Source: Pseudomonadota bacterium
GTDB taxonomy: Bacteria > UBA10199 > 2-02-FULL-44-16 > DYJF01
DNA: 64,000 bases
Assembly: GCA_043823065.1 (NCBI GenBank)
Contig: JBDRBB010000008.1
Span: 159,355-223,354, forward strand
Reading direction: 5' to 3'
Under the pieces are notes generated by a model, which saw only the letters and a list, made by a program, of their open reading frames with translations, was not told the origin of the DNA and searched no databases. Positions 57,707 to 64,000 of the stretch are shown one piece after another. A program made the position numbers and the translations under genes. The first letter of the stretch is position 1. Each line of letters starts with the position of its first letter.

Positions 57707-59368
57707 ATGAAGCTTTTGTATTCCCTACGCCAGCATCTTGTTTTTTTACTATTAATAACCATTGCTACTTATCTAATGGTTAAGGGGCTTGGGTTTAATC
57801 AATATGGTGGAGATGAATCAACAACCGCCATTTACGCCAGAAATATTTTAAAATTTGGAGTTCCTACAGCTTGGGATGGACAAAATTTGTTAGCTGCAGG
57901 CAATGGATCTGAGTTAAATGAGAATTTGATAAATGCCCATATCCCTTGGCTGCACTATTATCTAGTTGCTGGTTCGTTTTGGTTTTTTGGAGATAATGTT
58001 ATTGCAGGTCGCCTGCCTTCTATCTTATTTGCTTTAGCAACAATTGCCTTAGTTTACCTGTCGATCTTGCGTCTAACTCAAGACAAGTTAATTGCCAATC
58101 TTTGTACTTTGATTATATCCCTTTCACCAAGTTTTTTGCTTTATGCGCGGTATTGTCGGTACAATGCTTTGGTTATGTTGCTGGCTATGTTGATTTTTTA
58201 CATAATTTCTTTTTCAAATTTATCCTCAAAAAAAAGAATTTTTTGGTTATCGGTTTTAGTTGCCTTACTTTTTTACGCTAATTATTTGATCGCTGCTTGT
58301 TTGATTGTAGCTGGTTTTCTGATATTTTTTATTTTTTATTTTGATGAAAAAAAGATGGAACAATATCTGCTGGCAAGTGTGCTGGGATTTTTAGCTTTCT
58401 TGCCCTGGTTGATAATCTTAAATCCCTTTAATCTTGGTTTGCTGGGCAGTGCAGCTTATTGGGATAGGAAGGCGATAACTTATTTTGAGACATTTTATTA
58501 TTATTTAAGACTTTTTAATTCGGAAAATTTATTTCCAGTAGTTTTGCTGATTATCTTTTTAATTTATTTTTTCAGAGAGAAACAGCAAGATTTTAAAAAA
58601 TGTTGCTTAGCGCTATTTGCCTTTTGTCTTTGCTATACATTTTTAATTACCAGTTTAACTGGTAGCACGTTAACCTCTAGATATCTTTCTGTTCTGATTC
58701 CTTTTTTGGCAATTATTTCACCTATTATTTTGGTTAGGGGTTTGCAGAAAAGGATTTTGTGGATTCCTGTGGCTCTACTTTTGATATTTACAGATTTTTT
58801 GAGCTTGCCCCTATTATTAAAATCAGGATCTGGAATATTTGCTATTTCTAAAAATGTAGCTGCTGGGAACCGGTTTCCTCTAGCTGGTTATCTTTATGAA
58901 ACTCATCGAGATTTTCCACGCAGTGTAGATGTGGCCAAAGATTTATTGAGAAAGCATACAAAAAAGGATGATGTGCTAGCTGTAATAAATCCTGATTTTG
59001 CTTATCATCTATTTGATGATTTTGCTGATAGCTTGAAGTTTTGTTGTCAGCTGGAAATGGGGAGCCACCTTGATTTAGAAAAACTCAAACAAGAATTGCC
59101 TAGCTATGTATTCACAGATGAAACAGTGCCAGATTGGATACTTGTTTTTGGACTGCACTGGAAGCCCTTGCCTGAATACTTAAAACAATGGGAAGACCTG
59201 GGGATTAAATATAAGTTGATTGATAAATCAGATGTGTTTTGGTTTCAGGGGGGGCATCCAGAATTGCTAGCCCATATTTTTTATCCTGTAACTTCTCATG
59301 ATTCTAACCGTTATGGAGTTTATTTACTGAAAAAAGAGACAGGAAAAAATAAAAATGAAAAAAAATAA
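57707..59368 (+). CDS. GT-C-type polytopic membrane glycosyltransferase (ArnT/PMT-like)
   Basis: About 11 TM helices with a periplasmic loop after TM1. The fold class is inferred from topology only. Confidence 0.45.
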   Translation: MKLLYSLRQHLVFLLLITIATYLMVKGLGFNQYGGDESTTAIYARNILKFGVPTAWDGQNLLAAGNGSELNENLINAHIPWLHYYLVAGSFWFFGDNVIAGRLPSILFALATIALVYLSILRLTQDKLIANLCTLIISLSPSFLLYARYCRYNALVMLLAMLIFYIISFSNLSSKKRIFWLSVLVALLFYANYLIAACLIVAGFLIFFIFYFDEKKMEQYLLASVLGFLAFLPWLIILNPFNLGLLGSAAYWDRKAITYFETFYYYLRLFNSENLFPVVLLIIFLIYFFREKQQDFKKCCLALFAFCLCYTFLITSLTGSTLTSRYLSVLIPFLAIISPIILVRGLQKRILWIPVALLLIFTDFLSLPLLLKSGSGIFAISKNVAAGNRFPLAGYLYETHRDFPRSVDVAKDLLRKHTKKDDVLAVINPDFAYHLFDDFADSLKFCCQLEMGSHLDLEKLKQELPSYVFTDETVPDWILVFGLHWKPLPEYLKQWEDLGIKYKLIDKSDVFWFQGGHPELLAHIFYPVTSHDSNRYGVYLLKKETGKNKNEKK

Positions 59369-59861
59369 GGCAATTTTTTTGGATCGGGATGGAACTCTCA
59401 ATTATGATCCAGGTTATTTAGATGATCCGGATAAATTAAAACTTTTACCAGGGGTGGGTGAAGGGCTAAAGATCTTGCAAGATGCAGGGTTTAAGCTAGT
59501 TGTCATAACCAATCAGGCTGGCATTGGCCGGGCTAAGTTTACAGAAAAGACGCTCCAGAAAATCCATGAGCGTCTAAAAGAGTTGCTTAAAGCTTACAGC
59601 GTAGAACTTACAGCTATCTATTATTGTCCTCATCATCCAGATGAAAACTGCAATTGCCGCAAACCAAAAACAGGTATGGTAGACCTGGCAGTTAGAGAGC
59701 ATAATCTTGATTTGAAAAAGTCATTTGTCATTGGGGATGATAAATGTGATCAGGTCTTGGCCAAGAATCTAAATTGTCCTTTTGTTGAGGTTGGTGGAGA
59801 TGAGTTTAAGAATATAAAGGAAGCTGCAAATTATATTCTTCGAGCTGGTCGAAAAGAATAA
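59355..59861 (+). CDS. gmhB: D-glycero-D-manno-heptose 1,7-bisphosphate phosphatase (HAD family)
   Basis: FLDRDGTLN motif I and a Zn-binding CPHHPDENCNCRKP motif. The C-terminal tail YILRAGRKE is encoded by repeat copy H. Confidence 0.8.
   Translation: MKKNKAIFLDRDGTLNYDPGYLDDPDKLKLLPGVGEGLKILQDAGFKLVVITNQAGIGRAKFTEKTLQKIHERLKELLKAYSVELTAIYYCPHHPDENCNCRKPKTGMVDLAVREHNLDLKKSFVIGDDKCDQVLAKNLNCPFVEVGGDEFKNIKEAANYILRAGRKE
59833..59860. repeat. TATTCTTC-N11-GAAGAATA element (copy H) overlapping the gmhB 3' end
   Basis: ATATTCTTCGAGCTGGTCGAAAAGAATAA. Confidence 0.7.
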
Positions 59862-59865
59862 ATAA

Positions 59866-59897
59866 AAAAGCCGCCCAATTGGGCGGCTTTTTTTCTG
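59866..59897. terminator. Bidirectional rho-independent terminator between convergent gmhB and a secreted-protein gene
   Basis: AAAAAAGCCGCCCAATTGGGCGGCTTTTTTT: a perfect 9-bp GC-rich stem flanked by an A-run and a T-run. Confidence 0.75.
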
Positions 59898-59912
59898 CTG
59901 ATTAAGCTGGTC

Positions 59913-60599
59913 TTATGGAATTATAACTTCATTATACCATTTTACTTCTTGGCTTTGAGATAAATCACCACTTATACCAAGGTTGCCAACCATAGACGCT
60001 GACAAATAGTTAGCTGATTCAGTTGCGCTTAGACCATAAGTAAAGCTTCTTTCATCTGAATCTAAAGCTGCGCTAGAAATAATTGTTGAGTTAGAAGGTA
60101 GTACCGAAATAGCTGTACCTGAGTCAAAGGCACTGGTAAAAGTATCACTATTGTAACCTTTCATTGATGGGAAGGCACTATCAGCTCCTGCTTTTAACAT
60201 ACCAACGCCTGTTGCGCCTTCTAAACACATCACACCAGCAACCATGGTAGGATGGATAAATTCAATAGCCACATTTGCGCTGCTTAAATCTGAATCTAAA
60301 TCTGCTTCGCCAGGTACAGTCAAGCTAACTTCAGAATTGATACCCCCTGAAATGACGGCACTGACTAGGCTAGGTGTTAATAGACCTGTGCTTGGATTAG
60401 CAGCTTGATCCACATCAAAAGTAATTTGGTAAGGTGCCACTAAATCATGAAATGCTGGGCAGTTAATACTATAAATTACGTTATTACTGGCACTGTTATT
60501 AGTTGCCATAATAGGTGCATATTCAGAATGTTGTAAGACCACCAGACCGGCTACGCCAAAAAATACGGCAATTACCATTGCCATTATTGATCTTTTCAT
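59913..60599 (-). CDS. Secreted/surface protein of unknown function (Ser/Ala/Gly-rich, N-terminal signal/anchor)
   Basis: N-terminal hydrophobic segment. No recognisable catalytic motif. AAGGGGG RBS. Preceded by a ~450-bp AT-rich leader. Confidence 0.45.
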   Translation of the reverse strand: MKRSIMAMVIAVFFGVAGLVVLQHSEYAPIMATNNSASNNVIYSINCPAFHDLVAPYQITFDVDQAANPSTGLLTPSLVSAVISGGINSEVSLTVPGEADLDSDLSSANVAIEFIHPTMVAGVMCLEGATGVGMLKAGADSAFPSMKGYNSDTFTSAFDSGTAISVLPSNSTIISSAALDSDERSFTYGLSATESANYLSASMVGNLGISGDLSQSQEVKWYNEVIIP

Positions 60600-61055
60600 G
60601 ACTTGCCCCCTTTCATCTTATATAATATAAGATAAAGTGATTAATGAGCTAATTTTGATTATTTTCACCTCCTAAAAATTAGCTGTGTTTATTAGTTTAT
60701 ATGTTTTATTAACTAGTTATCTTTATTTAGTTTTCAATGAGCCTTGTTGTATATTAAGGATGCATATTTAGTGCCAAATATTTCTTGGCTAATCATTTGA
60801 TTTGTAATGGTTTTATATAGATGTGGGTTTTGTTTTACCCTTATCTGATGTCAATAAATTGACTAGATGTCAGAAAAGTAATGTTTTTAAGGAATAACTA
60901 CAATGCTGGACCTCTATTTAAATTTCTTATGTATAATTTCTAAAATTGCATATTGTGTGCCAGATATTAATCGTGTAATATCCCTTAAACCAAATTTGAT
61001 TTAGGCAGGGGGTTAATAAAAAACCATTTTTTGGAGATAAATTGACTATATTTAT

Positions 61056-61793
61056 ATGATCAGTCAGGAAGCCATTAAACTTAATAATATTAATAAATAT
61101 TTTGGCGCTTTTCATGTTTTACAAGATATAAGTATGAGTGTGTCTTTTGGGAGTAGCCTTGGTTTATTAGGTCCTAATGGAGCAGGTAAAAGTACTTTAA
61201 TCAAGATTATGGTAGGTATTTTACCCCAAACTAGCGGTAACCTGTGGATCATGAACGAACAGTTTACTGATAAATCTGCCCATAATTGTCAAATAAAGCA
61301 AAATATCGGCTATTTACCAGAATTGCCAAGTATTTATCCAGAATTAAGAGTCAAAGATTTTTTGAAATTTATTACTCATCTTAGAAAAATCAAACCAGCC
61401 ATAGAAGAAGTAAACAGGGTGGCTAATATGTGTGGTTTGCAAAAAGTCCTAAAGTCTAAAATTGGCGAGATTTCAAAGGGTTTTAAACAAAGATTAGGTC
61501 TGGCCCAAGTATTAATTGGTTCACCCAAAATCTTAATTTTAGATGAAGTAGCCTCAGGTTTGGATCCACAACAACGTACTCAAATTATTGAGCTTTTACG
61601 TAAAGAAGTCAGTAATGGCAAAACCATAATCTTTTCCAGTCACTCTATTGAAGATTCTTTGAAAATCTCAGATCGCATTATTCTGTTAAATAATGGACGT
61701 ATTTCCAAAGAGTTTACTATCAATAAAAATGAGATTGAACAACAAAGTATTAAAAATGAAATTACCAAAGGTTTTGGTTTAGAGGCATTATGA
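61056..61793 (+). CDS. ABC transporter ATP-binding protein (GldA-like position)
   Basis: Walker A GPNGAGKST and Walker B ILILDE. The signature motif is degenerate (ISKGFKQR). Confidence 0.75.
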   Translation: MISQEAIKLNNINKYFGAFHVLQDISMSVSFGSSLGLLGPNGAGKSTLIKIMVGILPQTSGNLWIMNEQFTDKSAHNCQIKQNIGYLPELPSIYPELRVKDFLKFITHLRKIKPAIEEVNRVANMCGLQKVLKSKIGEISKGFKQRLGLAQVLIGSPKILILDEVASGLDPQQRTQIIELLRKEVSNGKTIIFSSHSIEDSLKISDRIILLNNGRISKEFTINKNEIEQQSIKNEITKGFGLEAL

Positions 61794-62548
61794 TCTTTAG
61801 TATTATAAAAAAAGAAATGAAACTGTATTTTGTCACGCCAATGGCCATGATTATTTTCCCTGCTTTTTTGGCTTTAAGTTGCTTTTTTCTTTATAATACA
61901 CTGATTGATTATCTAAAACTAACTACTAGTCCAGAGATGCATGTTTCAGGCATTAAGGCTTATGAATATATTTTTTCCAATTTATTTTCTAAAATATATT
62001 TTATTTTTTCCTTGGTTATTCCGTTGCTAACCATGCGTTTGGTGGCTGAAGAAAAAAGAGCCCATACTCACGAACTTATGATGTCTTTGCCTATTTCTCC
62101 CCTGCAATATATTTTAGGTAAATATCTGGCTGCGCTTTGTTTTTCCTATATATTATTATTGTTAACCCTTATTTGTCCTTTAATATTAATGCCTTTTGCC
62201 AAAGTAGAATGGGGTTTGTTATTGATTTCTTATTTAGGTCTTTTTTTATACATACTTTTATATACTGCAGTGGGAACATATTTTTCTACGCTTACCTCTA
62301 ATCAGTTCATTGCTTGTATTGCTACCATGGGTTTTTCTTTGTCATTTATGATTTTGGGCTGGTTAGCCTATATCTCTCCAGTTGAGATTGAAAAAATTCT
62401 GGCAGCTCTGTTGATATTTAATCATGTAAGCACTTTTTATGATGGCTATGTTTATTTAGCTGATGTTACTTTGTTTATTAGCGCAACATTCTTATTTCTT
62501 TATTTGGCACAAAGGAAGGTGTTAATTGAGTATCCAGTTAATACTTAG
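61790..62548 (+). CDS. ABC-2-type permease (GldF-like, 6 TM)
   Basis: Six hydrophobic helices. ATGA overlap with the ATPase gene. Confidence 0.6.
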   Translation: MIFSIIKKEMKLYFVTPMAMIIFPAFLALSCFFLYNTLIDYLKLTTSPEMHVSGIKAYEYIFSNLFSKIYFIFSLVIPLLTMRLVAEEKRAHTHELMMSLPISPLQYILGKYLAALCFSYILLLLTLICPLILMPFAKVEWGLLLISYLGLFLYILLYTAVGTYFSTLTSNQFIACIATMGFSLSFMILGWLAYISPVEIEKILAALLIFNHVSTFYDGYVYLADVTLFISATFLFLYLAQRKVLIEYPVNT

Positions 62549-63959
62549 TTTAATTGCTTTAATTTTGACTATCGGGGCAGCTTTTAATAGTGACAGTTTG
62601 CGGGTTGCTTTACCTTTATTGGGGGTAGCTGGTGTTTTATTATTAACCCCTTTTTTTCTTAAAGAAAACAAACAACAGAAATTTCGGCAACTTATTATAA
62701 TTTCCAGTTTTTTGTTAATAGCAGCTATAAATTTAATTATTATTCGAGCAGATGTATTTTTTAATTATAATCCAGATTCCTTGAGATTGGCTGAATTTAA
62801 GGCAGAAATAAAGGTTTTAATGCCAAAAGAAGGACTTCAAATCATAAGTTTTTTAGATAATAAGAAAAAAGCAGAAAACCTACACCAATATTTTCAGGAA
62901 ATTTCAAAAAATATTTATTATGCAAATTATGATCCTGCTATTTTTCCTGATCAAGCCAGAAAATATGGTGTTACTCAATATGGAACCGCTGTTGTAGTTT
63001 ATCAGGGCCGGCAGATTAAGTTGGAACGGCTTGATTTGCGCACAATTTTTGCAGCAATCAATCTAGTGTTAGAGAAATATCAGGGCACAGAAGTTTGTTT
63101 TTTGACTAGCCAATCAAAATTTGATCCGTATAAGAGCGGATTAGAAGGTGGTGCTGAGGCAGCGAAATTATTAGATGAAAATGGACTCAGCTGGAGCGCC
63201 ATTAAATTAACCAGAATTACTAAGGATCGATTGGCAAAATGCAATGTTCTGATTCTGACCATAGAAAATCCTGTTTTGACTGATGAAGAAAAACAAGCCA
63301 TTCAGGAATATATCTTAGCAGGTGATCGAGGTTTGTTTCTAATGTTAGAAGATCAGGCTTTAGAGCCGAGTATCCAATCCTGGCTAGAGAAAATGCTGCC
63401 AATGCAAGTTACTTCAATTAAGATAAGGCAGAACAAAGACGCTGCAATACCCTTTAGCGCTGGAATAATTTTAGCTGATCAGATGGGTTATCTTGCGCAA
63501 AAATCATTGGAACCAATACTTCTTAAAGAGCCTTTTATAATTGAAAATAATAATAAAGCAGGGTGGGAAATTGAAGATTTAGCAACTATTGCTGGCGAAA
63601 CAAGGGAGTTTATTGATCTCAATAAGGGTATAGTTGATTTAGACCAACCATATTCTGTTGTGTCTAAATTATTTAAAGGCACAAATGGTGAACGGGCGAT
63701 TGTGATCGGAGATGCCAAATGGGCTACGGATAGCTATATAAACCGCGCCGGTAATGCCACATTTTTCTTAAATGGAATTTTATGGCTACTTCAGGAACAG
63801 CAAGGAGATAAAAGGGCAGCCTTTGCTAGCTATGTTCCGCCTGCTTCAGAAATAGTTGATATTTCAGATGAGGAACTGATTTGGCTTAAGAGAGTTTTTG
63901 TGTTTATCCTACCTGGCTTTTTATTTGCCATTCTTTTTATTGTTTGGCGTAGATTATAA
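62526..63959 (+). CDS. GldG-like ABC-transport auxiliary protein (N- and C-terminal TM anchors)
   Basis: TTG start overlaps the permease 3' end. TM helices at both termini flank a large soluble domain, the arrangement typical of GldG partners of GldA/GldF. Confidence 0.4.
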   Translation: MSIQLILSLIALILTIGAAFNSDSLRVALPLLGVAGVLLLTPFFLKENKQQKFRQLIIISSFLLIAAINLIIIRADVFFNYNPDSLRLAEFKAEIKVLMPKEGLQIISFLDNKKKAENLHQYFQEISKNIYYANYDPAIFPDQARKYGVTQYGTAVVVYQGRQIKLERLDLRTIFAAINLVLEKYQGTEVCFLTSQSKFDPYKSGLEGGAEAAKLLDENGLSWSAIKLTRITKDRLAKCNVLILTIENPVLTDEEKQAIQEYILAGDRGLFLMLEDQALEPSIQSWLEKMLPMQVTSIKIRQNKDAAIPFSAGIILADQMGYLAQKSLEPILLKEPFIIENNNKAGWEIEDLATIAGETREFIDLNKGIVDLDQPYSVVSKLFKGTNGERAIVIGDAKWATDSYINRAGNATFFLNGILWLLQEQQGDKRAAFASYVPPASEIVDISDEELIWLKRVFVFILPGFLFAILFIVWRRL

Positions 63960-64000
63960 TCAATTATGAAAAAGGCTCTAGTTTTTTTTCTGATCGCTCT

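Noticed and set aside
63967-64000. Start of a further gene (MKKALVFF…) at the window edge
   Set aside because: Only 11 codons are visible, which is too short to call.

Overview
This 64 kb window appears to be chromosomal DNA from a low-GC bacterium, probably an uncultivated diderm lineage. The diderm call rests on an mDAP-type MurE (DNPR motif), a VKOR-DsbA fusion, GDP-heptose genes and a GldAFG-like ABC set. Gene order is strongly syntenic with conserved operons. There are two tandem CorC/HlyC paralogs, LarC and RlmD. The macromolecular-synthesis operon rpsU-yqeY-dnaG-rpoD follows, then VKOR-DsbA, an adenosine deaminase, glmM and cysDN. Three membrane proteins of the alkaline-phosphatase/sulfatase superfamily are present, plus a secreted met-zincin lipoprotein. 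The division and cell-wall (dcw) cluster is complete: mraZ-[STAS]-rsmH-ftsL-ftsI-murE-murF-mraY-murD-ftsW-murG-murC-murB-ddl-ftsQ-ftsA-ftsZ. Downstream lie a LysM-rich MltD-like transglycosylase, an amino-sugar glycan cluster (GT2, NeuD/PglD acetyltransferase, epimerase/dehydratase, DegT aminotransferase, SGNH hydrolase, NodU-type carbamoyltransferase), heptose genes (hddC-like, gmhA, gmhB, a GT-C transferase) and an ABC ATPase/permease/GldG-like trio. No rRNA, tRNA or CRISPR array was recognised. Several things need a second look. (1) A 24-bp GNRA-tetraloop hairpin element (GTCATTCCCGCGAAAGCGGGAATC) is inserted in-frame into murF and murD and forms the 3' tail of ftsQ, resembling Rickettsia palindromic elements (RPEs). 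(2) A dispersed mosaic palindromic repeat family (motifs GTTCTCGAC / CTCGAACAATAAT / TATTCTTCGAGC / GTCGAGAAGAATA) occupies many intergenic gaps, including three inside the dcw cluster, and overlaps three gene 3' ends. (3) A small GIY-YIG nuclease gene is bracketed by two near-identical composite copies of that family (~90-110 bp each), with tandem 20-bp units. It lies next to an AT-rich AbiEi/AbiEii-like type IV toxin-antitoxin (TA)/abortive-infection pair, and the pair splits the heptose cluster. (4) murB carries an apparent -1 frameshift. (5) A STAS-domain gene is translationally coupled to rsmH inside the dcw cluster. All calls come from reading the sequence and ORF translations without database searches. 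Coordinates of starts are approximate where alternative start codons exist.
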